DNA of 64,000 nt from Caulobacter sp. (GCA_031415995.1 JANOSS010000105.1:14089-78088), one strand, 5' to 3'. Shown: positions 18,659 to 27,775, counted from the stretch's first letter. Program-made: numbers and translations. The notes: generated by a model not told the origin, from the sequence alone.

Positions 18659-19378
18659 TCAACGCACGCGGATATCGACGCTGATCTTGAGGGCGTCATG
18701 TCGCCAGTGCTCGCGGTCGAACTCGACCACGCGCCCCTGTGCATTGTAGCAGGTGCGCTCCACGCTGAGCCCAGGCAGGCCCGACTTGACCCGCAGGGCT
18801 TCGGCTTCACCCAGCGTCAGGGCGCAGGGCCGCATGTCGACCTTGTTGCGCGCGACGCCGATGCCGTAGACCGATTTCAGAACGCTGGTCAGCGAGCCGT
18901 CGAGATCGTGCTCCATAAGACCTGGCGCCAGGGAGGCGTCGACGACGATGCTCTCGATCAGCACGGCCCGGTCATCGATCGAGCGCCGGCGGCGGATCCA
19001 GTACATCGGCGCGCCAACGGGGCGTGAAAAGATCTGCGCCAGCATGCCGTCGCAGGCGATCTCGACCTTGCTGAGCGTCTCGGTCGCCGGCCGCCGCCCT
19101 TGCGCCTCGACATAGGACATGAAGCCCTCCCAGCGGGTCGGGTCATAGACCACCGGCGGCGGGGAAACGTACCAGCCGCTGCGGTCCTTTCGATAGATCA
19201 GCCCCTCGGCCTCAAGCTGAAACAGGGCCTCGCGAACGGTGCCCCGCGCCACGCCGCCGCCGACCTGCAACTGGCGCTCTGACGGCAGCCGTTCGCCAGC
19301 CTTCAGTTCGCCACTGACGATCCGCACGGCGATACCGTCGCGGACTCCAAGATAATGGAGAGTGTCGGACTGATGCAT
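18659..19378 (-). CDS. phnR: GntR/HutC family regulator with UTRA domain, PhnR-like
   Basis: LPSERQL, GLIYRKDRSGWYV, YDPT, DLDGSLT and WRHDALKISVD match Salmonella PhnR as recalled. Confidence 0.85.
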   Translation of the reverse strand: MHQSDTLHYLGVRDGIAVRIVSGELKAGERLPSERQLQVGGGVARGTVREALFQLEAEGLIYRKDRSGWYVSPPPVVYDPTRWEGFMSYVEAQGRRPATETLSKVEIACDGMLAQIFSRPVGAPMYWIRRRRSIDDRAVLIESIVVDASLAPGLMEHDLDGSLTSVLKSVYGIGVARNKVDMRPCALTLGEAEALRVKSGLPGLSVERTCYNAQGRVVEFDREHWRHDALKISVDIRVR

Positions 19379-19503
19379 CGGAAAGACCTGTCAGCGGTCG
19401 AATCCCGCCAGCGGCAAGGATGGGAGCCCGCTCCGTCAAGGTCAAGAAACGGGATCAAACCCCTGACGCCCATTCTCGACATGATCGCGGCTTCACGAAA
19501 GTT

Positions 19504-19537
19504 TTGCCAAGCATAAGCCGATTTTGGTATATACCAA
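19504..19537 (+). promoter_or_regulatory. Sigma70-type promoter with operator site 2 over the -10
   Basis: TTGCCA (19504-19509), 16-bp spacer, GGTATATA inside the perfect palindrome TTGGTATATACCAA (19524-19537). Confidence 0.8.
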
Positions 19538-19560
19538 TCTAGCAACCAGGAGGCGGATCC

Positions 19561-19716
19561 ATGACCACCCACCTTCGCACACGCGGCGACGACCACGGGC
19601 ACAATCCAACCCCGAGCTCAGCGGGCGGCCCGCTGCCGGCCCAGCGCCTGGTCGCCCCTCTGGAAACGGAGCGGAAAAGCCGCACCGACCCCAGCATCGG
19701 ACGGCGGCTGCTGTAA
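19561..19716 (+). CDS. 51-aa small ORF (leader peptide or scar of a deleted gene)
   Basis: AGGAGG RBS 7 nt before ATG, first ORF after the operator; MTTHLRTRGDDHGHNPTPSSAGGPLPAQRLVAPLETERKSRTDPSIGRRLL. Confidence 0.45.
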   Translation: MTTHLRTRGDDHGHNPTPSSAGGPLPAQRLVAPLETERKSRTDPSIGRRLL

Positions 19717-19757
19717 GCGCGCTCGCCCAATTCCGACCCTGTCAGCACCACGGATAC

Positions 19758-20342
19758 ATGATGACGACACGTCCTGCGGCCGATGCTTTCGTGGCCGAAC
19801 TCGCCGATCTCTTCGCCCGACTGGGCGGCCTGCGCTACGGGGAAGACGTCAGCCAGCTGGAGCACGCGCTGCAGACGGCGCATCATGCCAAGGTCGACAA
19901 CGCGCCGCCCGCCATGATCGTCGCCGCCCTGCTGCATGACGTAGGCCACCTGATGCAGAGGGCCGGCGAACACGCCGCCGACCTTGGCATCGATACGCGC
20001 CACGAGCACATCAGCGCCGGCTATCTGGCGCGGGCGTTCGGCCCGGCGGTGACAGAGCCGATCCGCCTTCACGTGGCGGCCAAGCGCTACAGGGTGGCCG
20101 TGGACCCCGCCTATTTCGCCCGCCTCAGCAAGGCGTCCCTGCAGAGTCTGGCTCTGCAGGGCGGCCCGATGCGTGAGGCCGAGATCGAGGCGTTCCTGGC
20201 CGAGCCGGCGGCGCAAGCCGCCCTGCGACTGCGCGGCTACGACGAAGCGGGCAAGGCCCAGGACGCCGAGGTGGCCGGTTTCGAGGCCTATCACGACCAT
20301 CTTCGAGATCAGATCGATCGCGCGGACGAAGTTTCAGTCTGA
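19758..20342 (+). CDS. phnZ: PhnZ/TmpB-like HD-domain diiron oxygenase (oxidative C-P cleavage)
   Basis: RYGE, QLEHALQ, ALLHDVGH, RHE, LHVAAKRY, SLALQGGPM and LRGYDEAGK; all PhnZ-type ligands present. Confidence 0.85.
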   Translation: MMTTRPAADAFVAELADLFARLGGLRYGEDVSQLEHALQTAHHAKVDNAPPAMIVAALLHDVGHLMQRAGEHAADLGIDTRHEHISAGYLARAFGPAVTEPIRLHVAAKRYRVAVDPAYFARLSKASLQSLALQGGPMREAEIEAFLAEPAAQAALRLRGYDEAGKAQDAEVAGFEAYHDHLRDQIDRADEVSV

Positions 20343-20412
20343 TCGCGAAGCCACGCCAGGGCCGCGACAAGCCGCTTCTCGTGCGCTGCGGGCTGTATCT
20401 GCGAGCGGCGGT

Positions 20413-20530
20413 CTTGAGCGTTTTCCGATAAGTGTGAAACGGTTATCGGTTCGAAAAACGCTCTAAACTTCTGATTTGGAGCCCTTTTCGCCCGGCCCTG
20501 ATGAAGCCATCAGGTCGGAAAGGGCTCTAG
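20413..20530 (+). repeat. CIR/Bru-RS-like intergenic repeat, copy 1
   Basis: Two tandem hairpins bounded by (T)AGAGC..GCTCTA; near-identical to 45550-45668 and, reversed, 49100-49217. Confidence 0.9.
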
Positions 20531-21471
20531 ACCTCGTCTGAGACCAGATGCTGCAAGACGCGTTTCTCGAGCACCAGCAGCGCGCTGGCGTTGTTGGTGC
20601 GCATGACCAGACCTGCGGCGAGCGGCCTGACGGCCTCGTGTACGGCGCGAGCCAGGCGCAGGAAGTCTGATCGCCCCCGTCCTGCGGCGCCATGCAAGGC
20701 GCAGAGCTGGCGCCAGTCGGATACAAAGTCCTCCAGCAGCATGCTGAACCGCGCAGCCCGGACCCTGGCTTCGGCGGTATCGGCAGCGAGCGCCAGTTCC
20801 GCGCGCAGATCGTCGACCAGCAGTTGCACTTCAGCGGCAGGCATCACCGGCGTGCGCTGGTCACCCTCGGTAAGCAAACTGGGACGCATCCCGGGATCCC
20901 AGGCCACCGTCCGCCATTGGGCGCGCGGCGGCGGCTGTCCACGGACGAATTGCCAGAAGGCCGCTGTGCCGCTGGTGTCCGCGACGAGATGGATGCGCTC
21001 GGCGCTGGCCCTGTTTTCCACATGGTGCGGGCGCCAGTTATCGAAGATCCAGGCTTCGCCAGCGGCCATGTGCACCGATTGCCCGTCGCAGTGAAAGGCG
21101 ACCTCCGGCCAGGTGAAGACCGGAATGTGCAGCCGCACCCGCGTATGCCAGTGGTAGTTGATATCGGCGTGCTCGGGCACGCTCGCGCCTGGGGCCAGGC
21201 GCATCAGCCGTGAGCGGCTCCAGACCACGCCAAAGGCCGCCAGGGCCTGGGTTGTATAGGGCATGGCCTCGAGCCAGCGCGTTGGCAGCATCTGCCCATG
21301 GACCGAGTCCGTCTCAGCCCCGCCCGCGCTGATCAACCGCGCCGCACTGTTGCCGGGCAAGCGGTCCGGGTGTGACGTCCAGGCTTCGTCTGGCAAGGCC
21401 GCGACCTCAGCCTGCAAACGCCCGACGTCGAAGAGCAGGGGGAGGTGGAAGAAGGGGCGTGAAAGCCGCAT
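20527..21471 (-). CDS. Aspartyl/asparaginyl beta-hydroxylase family Fe(II)/2OG oxygenase with C-terminal helical extension
   Basis: RSRLMRLAPG, PEHAD, RLHIPV, GEAWIFDNWRPHHVEN, RIHLVAD (HxD..H triad). Confidence 0.85.
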   Translation of the reverse strand: MRLSRPFFHLPLLFDVGRLQAEVAALPDEAWTSHPDRLPGNSAARLISAGGAETDSVHGQMLPTRWLEAMPYTTQALAAFGVVWSRSRLMRLAPGASVPEHADINYHWHTRVRLHIPVFTWPEVAFHCDGQSVHMAAGEAWIFDNWRPHHVENRASAERIHLVADTSGTAAFWQFVRGQPPPRAQWRTVAWDPGMRPSLLTEGDQRTPVMPAAEVQLLVDDLRAELALAADTAEARVRAARFSMLLEDFVSDWRQLCALHGAAGRGRSDFLRLARAVHEAVRPLAAGLVMRTNNASALLVLEKRVLQHLVSDEV

Positions 21472-21474
21472 GGG

Positions 21475-23406
21475 TCAGGCCTTGTAGCTGGCGAGCGCGT
21501 CACCCAGCCCGTCCCGCAGAGGCGCTAGCCATTGCTCGTAAGGCCGCCACTGCCCGAGGCCATCACGGCCGATGGGCTGGCGCACCTGCTCTGAACTGGG
21601 CGTGCGCACGCTGCGCTGGGTCTCGTGGAAAGCCAGGCAGGCCGGCTCAAAGGGCAGCCTGCAACCCTCCAGCATACGCTGTACGCTGTCTTCAAGGTCC
21701 TCGACCACATCCTCGTACGCCACCTTCAGCACCCGCCCCGGCAGCACCTCGCCCCAGTGCCTCATGAGGTCGAGATAGGAGCGATAGTGACGGGCGAGAT
21801 GATCCATGCCGTAGGTGAATTCCTGGTTGGTGGTCCCAAACAGCTGCTTGAGGTTGCTGAAGCAGCACGCCATGGGCTCGCGACGCACATCGATGATTGT
21901 CGACCGCGGCAGGATGAGATGGATCAGGCCGATGTGCCAGAAATTGTTGGGCATCTTGTCGATGAAGACGGCCTTCCCCAGCCTGCGATAGGTGCGGGTT
22001 TCGGCCAGAAAGCGCGCGCCGAGCGCCCGGGCGTCCTGCGCGGTAAGGCGCAGCAGGGCCTCGGGATCCAGCGGCAAGCCGCAATCAGGATCGCGGCCGC
22101 AGAGCTCGCCTGCATACCGGTCGATTTCTGTCAGCTCCTGCGTGCCTTCAACCTGGGAATGGGAGGCCAGGATCTGCTCGATCAAGGTTGACCCCGAACG
22201 CGGCAACCCCACGATAAAGATGGGTGCCGGATCGGCCAGACCCCAGTCAGCGCGCGCGGCAAAGACTTCGGCGGTGAAGACCTGTTTCAGTCGCAGGACG
22301 CAGGATTCCGCGACCTCGGGGCGATATCGGCTGGAGACAGCGCGGATCGCATTGCCGCGATCGTAATATTGCCAGGATGATGCGTAGTCTGCCCGGTCCT
22401 CCAGCGCCTTGCCCAACGCAAAACAGAGATAGACGCGGTCCATGTCCTGGACGGTCGGCTGGGCTTGCGCAGCGCGCAGGCGCGCGATGTCATCGTCGGT
22501 GAAGCGGTAGGTCTTGAGGTTGGCCAGGCTAAACCAGGCCACGCCGTAGTCTGGCCTCGCCGCCAGGGCGGCGCGATAGTCCGCAATGGCGTCCTGTTGC
22601 CGGCCCGTGACCTTCAGGGCGTTCGCCCGCCAAAGACGCAGGTCAGCGACTTCCGCCCCCAGGAGGGCTGGGCTGGCCAGCAGCCGTCCATAGAGATCAA
22701 TCAGCGGCTCATGGTCGCCCAGAGCGATGCAGGCCGCGCCGTACTGCTTGAGATACTGGCGATTGTCGGGGTCGTGTCCGAGCAAGTGCTCGGCCTCCTG
22801 CCGCGCCTGCAGGGGCTTTTGCTGCTGCAAGAGCACCATGGCGTAGTCGAGGCGCGCAGCGTGATAGTCCGGGGCGCGATCAAGCACAGACTTCAGCAAC
22901 GCCTCGGCCTCGCCAGGCGCCCCGCTCGCCATGCAGATACGCGCCAGCAGGCGAAGGGCGCCGACGTTTCCGCCATCCGTGTACAGATAATCACGGATGA
23001 CCTCCTCGGCCGAGGACAGATCGCCGTCGGCAAGCAGGCTGCTGGCCGCCACCACCGCCGGCGGGAGCTGCCTCAGCATCGCCAGATGCTGTTCGGCCGT
23101 GGCCGCCTGGGCCGTATCGCCGACCATGCGGTAGAGCTGTTCCAGCATGTCCCAGCTCGCCGGCAGGGTCGGGTTGAGGCGCACGGCCTCCCGCAGCGCC
23201 TCGATGGCGGCCGGCGCATCGCCAAGCACCACATGGCAGTGGCCGCGCTCCTGATACAGGCGGCTGAACCCGGGATCCAGTTCCTGGAGCCGCGCGAGGC
23301 TGGCCAGGGCTTCCGCGATGCGTTGGCCCGACCGCAGTTCCCTGGCTTCCTGCAACAGCGCGTCGCGATCGCGAGACGGGGGGCTGGAACTCTCGGAGGG
23401 CGTCAC
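21475..23406 (-). CDS. TPR-repeat sulfotransferase
   Basis: Several TPRs; PIFIVGLPRSGSTLIEQIL PAPS-binding loop; IDKMPNNF; VRTPSSEQVRQPI. Confidence 0.9.
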   Translation of the reverse strand: MTPSESSSPPSRDRDALLQEARELRSGQRIAEALASLARLQELDPGFSRLYQERGHCHVVLGDAPAAIEALREAVRLNPTLPASWDMLEQLYRMVGDTAQAATAEQHLAMLRQLPPAVVAASSLLADGDLSSAEEVIRDYLYTDGGNVGALRLLARICMASGAPGEAEALLKSVLDRAPDYHAARLDYAMVLLQQQKPLQARQEAEHLLGHDPDNRQYLKQYGAACIALGDHEPLIDLYGRLLASPALLGAEVADLRLWRANALKVTGRQQDAIADYRAALAARPDYGVAWFSLANLKTYRFTDDDIARLRAAQAQPTVQDMDRVYLCFALGKALEDRADYASSWQYYDRGNAIRAVSSRYRPEVAESCVLRLKQVFTAEVFAARADWGLADPAPIFIVGLPRSGSTLIEQILASHSQVEGTQELTEIDRYAGELCGRDPDCGLPLDPEALLRLTAQDARALGARFLAETRTYRRLGKAVFIDKMPNNFWHIGLIHLILPRSTIIDVRREPMACCFSNLKQLFGTTNQEFTYGMDHLARHYRSYLDLMRHWGEVLPGRVLKVAYEDVVEDLEDSVQRMLEGCRLPFEPACLAFHETQRSVRTPSSEQVRQPIGRDGLGQWRPYEQWLAPLRDGLGDALASYKA

Positions 23407-24032
23407 CGCGCGGCGCCGGCCAGCAGAAACGGCTCCAGCCAGCTGGGTTCCGGCTGGTCGGCGTCATAGTACTCGAAGATCAGATGGACGCGGTCGGTAT
23501 CACCGTCGTTGCGCACCCAGTGTGGACCCAGGTTGTTGACCTCCACCGCCTCGCCCGGTGGGAAATGGTGTTCACCGCCGCCGAAGAAGGACACCACCTG
23601 GGGATTGGTCGACAACGGCACATGGATCTTGTGCGGCCATTTCGCGGCGGGGTTGGCGTCGATATGAGGGTGGATCACCCCGCCCGGCGGCATCCTTGCC
23701 AACATCACTCGAGGAAACACTCCGCGCGCATAGCCATAGTCGCGGACGGCCTGAGCCAGCACCGGCTCCAGCAATCCGCGCCAGTCGGGCCAGGCCGCGC
23801 GATCGTGCGAACTGCGCCAGTCGCGAGGACCGTCGATAAACCGGAAAACGATGTGGCGGGTCGCGTCCAGCACCTCAAACCTGTTGGGCTTGCCCGCGTT
23901 TTCCGCAGCCCAGACGTCCGCGGCAATCTCCAGAACGGCCGCCTGCAGCGCGGCGATGTCGACCGGCCCGAGCTTGCGGACGCCGGTGGTCTTGCGCGGG
24001 TTGGCGGCAGGCGCAAAAGGGGTAGCGTTCAT
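23403..24032 (-). CDS. Aspartyl/asparaginyl beta-hydroxylase family Fe(II)/2OG oxygenase
   Basis: RVMLARMPPGG, HPHID, KIHVPL, NNLGPHWVRN, DRVHLIFE. Confidence 0.85.
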   Translation of the reverse strand: MNATPFAPAANPRKTTGVRKLGPVDIAALQAAVLEIAADVWAAENAGKPNRFEVLDATRHIVFRFIDGPRDWRSSHDRAAWPDWRGLLEPVLAQAVRDYGYARGVFPRVMLARMPPGGVIHPHIDANPAAKWPHKIHVPLSTNPQVVSFFGGGEHHFPPGEAVEVNNLGPHWVRNDGDTDRVHLIFEYYDADQPEPSWLEPFLLAGAAR

Positions 24033-24667
24033 CGCATATCTTCGAAGCTGTAGCCGAACTGTTCCAGATCCTGGGCGTAGCGGGCGGCGACGCCGTCGAT
24101 CAGGTCCTGGTCGTAATAGTGACGATAGTCACCGTGATGGCTGCCGTTGACGCGGTCCAGAGGGCGGGAGGGAATGCCGATGCGCGCGCAGATCGCATCA
24201 TACGACCCCTGCATATCCTCGACGTGGCCGATGTGGTCGGCCATCAGGGTCTTGCCGTCCTCGCCCACCAGAAGCGAGGCTTGTGGCTGGAACAGGATGT
24301 GGTGTTCCGGCGGCTTCTCGAAAAGAAAGTGCCGCATGACCGCCTGCGGTTGCTGCTCAAAGACGTCACCGCCCCGCAGCATGAAGGCGCAGTACGAGAC
24401 GAAGCGATCGAACGGATTGCGCACGAAGGCGAACTTGAAATAACCGCTGAAGGCCGCCTCGCCGAGATAGGGGCGCACCTGCTGCAGAGACAGGTGGCCA
24501 TGCCGGATCGCCGCCAGATCCTCCCAAGGGAAGCGCTTGTCGACGAACAGCCCGACCTGCTCGAGGTCGCCGTCGCTCAGGTGTTCGCGCAGGGCCTGTC
24601 GCACGGCATGGGTCCCGGTCTTGGGCACGGCGGCGAAGATGAAGCGATGGCTGTGGGAAACAATCAT
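24029..24667 (-). CDS. Sulfotransferase family 2 protein
   Basis: FIFAAVPKTGT 5'-PSB loop and FAFVRNPFDRFVSY 3'-PB motif. Confidence 0.85.
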   Translation of the reverse strand: MIVSHSHRFIFAAVPKTGTHAVRQALREHLSDGDLEQVGLFVDKRFPWEDLAAIRHGHLSLQQVRPYLGEAAFSGYFKFAFVRNPFDRFVSYCAFMLRGGDVFEQQPQAVMRHFLFEKPPEHHILFQPQASLLVGEDGKTLMADHIGHVEDMQGSYDAICARIGIPSRPLDRVNGSHHGDYRHYYDQDLIDGVAARYAQDLEQFGYSFEDMR

Positions 24668-24684
24668 GTTTCAGGGACACCCAG

Positions 24685-24718
24685 AAAAAGCGCCCCACCT
24701 CTCAGGAAGGCGGGGCGC
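24685..24718 (-). terminator. Intrinsic terminator between the TBDR and the sulfotransferase
   Basis: Minus strand GCGCCCCGCC-N9-GGTGGGGCGC-TTTTT. Confidence 0.75.
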
Positions 24719-24741
24719 AAAGTCTACATTAAGCGGTGGCC

Positions 24742-27528
24742 TTAGAACTTGTAGCTAAGCCCAACCATATAGGTCGAGCCGCTCTGGTTCTGGTTGTAGA
24801 GGTACTGGTTCTGGCCCCAGAACTGCGTGTCCTCCTGGTTCGTCAGATTGATACCGTTCAGCGTGAGCTGCAGTTGATCGGTGACGTTCAGGAAGGCCGA
24901 GGCGTCCACATAGGTCGACCCCTCGAAGCCGCGCGTGCTGGCGCTCATGACAGTGGCGCTGTTCCCGGAGAACCAGCGATTGCGGTGGCTCATGGAACCA
25001 CGGACACCCCAGCGCGCGGTCTCGTAGTAGAGCGTGGCGTTGTAGCTGGTGTTCGAGATGCCGGTGAGCGCCTCGTCAGCGTCCACATAGGTGTAGTTGG
25101 CCACCGCACCCAGCTTGTCGAACGGCGCCGGCAGGAACGAGAATTGGCCCTGTGCGGCCAGTTCCACACCGGTCAGCTTCTTGGTGCCGGCGATATTGAC
25201 CGGCATCGAGAACTCTTTGACGATCGTATTGGCCGTGGCGCCCGGGATCGTGGTGAACGGGACGCCCGTCTGGCTGAAGGGGATGTTCTCGAGGGTCTGT
25301 GAGCCGATAAAGTTCTTGATGCTCTTCTGGAACACGCTGGCCGAGAGCAGGCCGTCCACGCCGAAATAGTACTCCGCCGCGAAGTCCAGCGTGTTGTCCT
25401 TGTAGGGCTCAAGGTTTGGATTGCCGCGCGACGCCGAGATGTCGCCGCTATCCGAATTCTGGAACGCACTGCCCTTGGCCGCCATCGAACCCAGGCCCGG
25501 ACGGTTGAGGTTCTGCGTGGCGGAGAAGCGCACCAGCACGTCCGGAGCCACCTCCAGCACCGAGTTCATGGCCGGCAGCACGCCTGAGTAGCTGCCTTCG
25601 ACGTCCGTCGTGCCCAGATAGGCGTAGCTGTCGCCCTGGATCCAGCCGGTGCTGTGGGTGTCAGTCTGATAGCCCCGCAGGCCGATGTTACCGCGGAAGC
25701 GCTTGCCGAAGAGGTCGGTGTCCCAGTCCGCCTGCACATACTCGGAGAAGGTCTTTTCCGAGGTCTCGTAGACGTTCTCGATGTCCTGCAGCGCGCCGCC
25801 CGTACCGTCCTTGTTGGGACCGAAGCGGTGGTACTCGTTGTACTTCGCAAAGGCCTTGGCGTAGTCGCCGACCAGCCACGACCCGAAGCTGTTGGTGAAC
25901 ACCGAGGTGACGTCGGCAACGGCCGTCCCGCGCATCTTGGTCCGGGTTCCATTGACGTTGTCGTCATAGAACAGGTCGATGCCGCCTTGCGTGAACTTGT
26001 GATAGGCCACGCCGGCCCGCAGGGTCCAAACCTCGTTCAGCACGTATTGGGCGTCCAGCACGCCTTCCTGCAGTTCCGACTGATTGTTGAAGCCGCGATA
26101 GTAGAACGAGTCCATCGCGTAGTTGGCGGGGTTGGTTCTATCCCAGCCCGGATACTGGAACGTCGCCGACCGGCCATCGCTGCCATAGTTGGCGATCAGA
26201 TTGCCCTTGGCGCGCATATAGAGCTTGTCGTCATAGGGCGTCTCGTAGGTCGACTTCTCGTAGCCGACATGTCCGTCGATCGTGAGGCGATCCGAGAGGT
26301 CCCACTTGCCGGTCAGCGCCACCTGGTCGAAGTTGTTTTCGTTCAGCGAGCGGCGGTGCTCGCTGCCGAAGGTGGTGCCCGTGACATCGGTCATGGTCAC
26401 GTAGTTGCTGTTGTCCCAGGCCAGGTTGTTGATGACGGACGCCTTCTGGAAGGCGATAGGCCAGACCGTGCTGGCCGCAGTATCGAACGCAACCGAGCCC
26501 TTGGACGCGAGCGGCCGCGTGGCGAGATGCAGTTCGTCGCGATGCGTGGTGTACTCGCCGTGCAGCACATCAAGCGTCAGCAGCAGGTTGTCCACCGGAC
26601 GCCACTGCACAGCTCCCGTCAGACCGAGGCGCTCCTGCTGCGAGTTCCAGGATGAGATGCGGTTGCCATCCGCAAAGTACAGGTCGCCGGACTGGAACTT
26701 GGTCTGCTGCGCAGCGCTTAGCTTGGAGATGTCCAGACCCTTGGCGACCAGGCCCTTCATGGCCGCCGCATCCGGTTTCGTGTAGTTATAGGTATTGTGG
26801 CCCTGTTCCGTGGTCTCACGCTTTGAATAGGCGACCGAGAACGCCACGCCAAACTTGTTGTCCCAGTTCTGGCTGAACAAGGCCGCGATGCGCGGCTGCG
26901 CGTCCTCGGTGTATTCGTTGGTTCCGAGCTTAAACGACACCGCACCCTTGGAGCCCGACGCGTAGTCAAACGGCTTGCCGGTGAACAGGCCGACCGTGCC
27001 GGCCATGCCGCCCTCGTTTTGGGCCGCCTGGAAGGTCTTTTCGACCTCCACGCGGGAGAACAGTTCCGAGGCGAAAATGTTGAAGTCGAAAGCGCGATCG
27101 CGTGAACGCTGGCCGCGGCTGTCCTGGGCGGAATCGACGTTGCCCAGCACCTCCATGCCATTGAGCTGCACACGGGCGAAATCTGGACCCAGGCCCCGCA
27201 GCGAGATCCGCCGGCCTTCGCCCGCTTCCCGGGTGATCTGCACGCCCGGCAGGCGTTGCAGCGATTCAGCCAGGTTGAGTTCCGGGAACTTCGCCATGTC
27301 CTCGGCGACGATCACGTCCTTCTGGATGACCGAATCTCTCTTGATGGCGCGCGCATCGCTGAGCGACTTCCGGTAGCCGGTGACGACAACTTCGTCGACC
27401 AGATCGCCAGAAGCCTGCTGCGCGAGCGCGGCCGATGAATGCGCGCCAGCGACCAGCACCGCTACGGTAGCTAGCAAAAAGCTCTTGAGATGCGGGCGGG
27501 TAGCCCGAACAGGATATCGCTTAAACAT
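24742..27528 (-). CDS. TonB-dependent receptor of the island
   Basis: Signal peptide, DEVVVTG TonB box, NLAESLQRLPGV plug, C-terminal YKF; AAGGA RBS before ATG 27528. Confidence 0.95.
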   Translation of the reverse strand: MFKRYPVRATRPHLKSFLLATVAVLVAGAHSSAALAQQASGDLVDEVVVTGYRKSLSDARAIKRDSVIQKDVIVAEDMAKFPELNLAESLQRLPGVQITREAGEGRRISLRGLGPDFARVQLNGMEVLGNVDSAQDSRGQRSRDRAFDFNIFASELFSRVEVEKTFQAAQNEGGMAGTVGLFTGKPFDYASGSKGAVSFKLGTNEYTEDAQPRIAALFSQNWDNKFGVAFSVAYSKRETTEQGHNTYNYTKPDAAAMKGLVAKGLDISKLSAAQQTKFQSGDLYFADGNRISSWNSQQERLGLTGAVQWRPVDNLLLTLDVLHGEYTTHRDELHLATRPLASKGSVAFDTAASTVWPIAFQKASVINNLAWDNSNYVTMTDVTGTTFGSEHRRSLNENNFDQVALTGKWDLSDRLTIDGHVGYEKSTYETPYDDKLYMRAKGNLIANYGSDGRSATFQYPGWDRTNPANYAMDSFYYRGFNNQSELQEGVLDAQYVLNEVWTLRAGVAYHKFTQGGIDLFYDDNVNGTRTKMRGTAVADVTSVFTNSFGSWLVGDYAKAFAKYNEYHRFGPNKDGTGGALQDIENVYETSEKTFSEYVQADWDTDLFGKRFRGNIGLRGYQTDTHSTGWIQGDSYAYLGTTDVEGSYSGVLPAMNSVLEVAPDVLVRFSATQNLNRPGLGSMAAKGSAFQNSDSGDISASRGNPNLEPYKDNTLDFAAEYYFGVDGLLSASVFQKSIKNFIGSQTLENIPFSQTGVPFTTIPGATANTIVKEFSMPVNIAGTKKLTGVELAAQGQFSFLPAPFDKLGAVANYTYVDADEALTGISNTSYNATLYYETARWGVRGSMSHRNRWFSGNSATVMSASTRGFEGSTYVDASAFLNVTDQLQLTLNGINLTNQEDTQFWGQNQYLYNQNQSGSTYMVGLSYKF

Positions 27529-27547
27529 GAGTGTCCTTCGCCCCAAC

Positions 27548-27559
27548 TGGTATGAACCA
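27548..27559. promoter_or_regulatory. PhnR-type operator, site 3 (variant)
   Basis: ACTGGT-ATGA-ACCAGT about 20 bp upstream of the TBDR start; same TGGT-N4-ACCA spacing. Confidence 0.55.
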
Positions 27560-27775
27560 GTCAGACTAAAGCAGCCAGCGACGACACCCGCGTGACAGCG
27601 CCGTCCCGCACGACGCAATTTGTCCGCTCCGCGCCGCACGTCAGGTCGATTGTGGCCCTGCGGGGGTGACTTTAGGGAATATTGGGCGCTCTATCGGCCC
27701 TGTCGCCCGGCGCATTGACGCTCCTCAACACCCTGACGTCGCGGCTCATTTGGCCAACGGGTCACAGTCGCAAAA

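Noticed and set aside
19524-19757. 78-codon N-terminal extension of PhnZ in the ORF track
   Set aside because: It starts inside the operator palindrome; PhnZ similarity begins at ATG 19758
20488-20530. CTGATGA..GAAA in the repeat, resembling a hammerhead ribozyme core
   Set aside because: CTGATG is locked in its own hairpin (cctgatg-aagc-catcagg), and no stem II closing pair or stem I/III arrangement fits
19561-24667. RiPP cluster with the 51-aa ORF as a sulfated precursor (RaxX-like)
   Set aside because: The peptide has no Tyr and no leader motif, and there is no RRE, peptidase or exporter; kept only as a weak alternative
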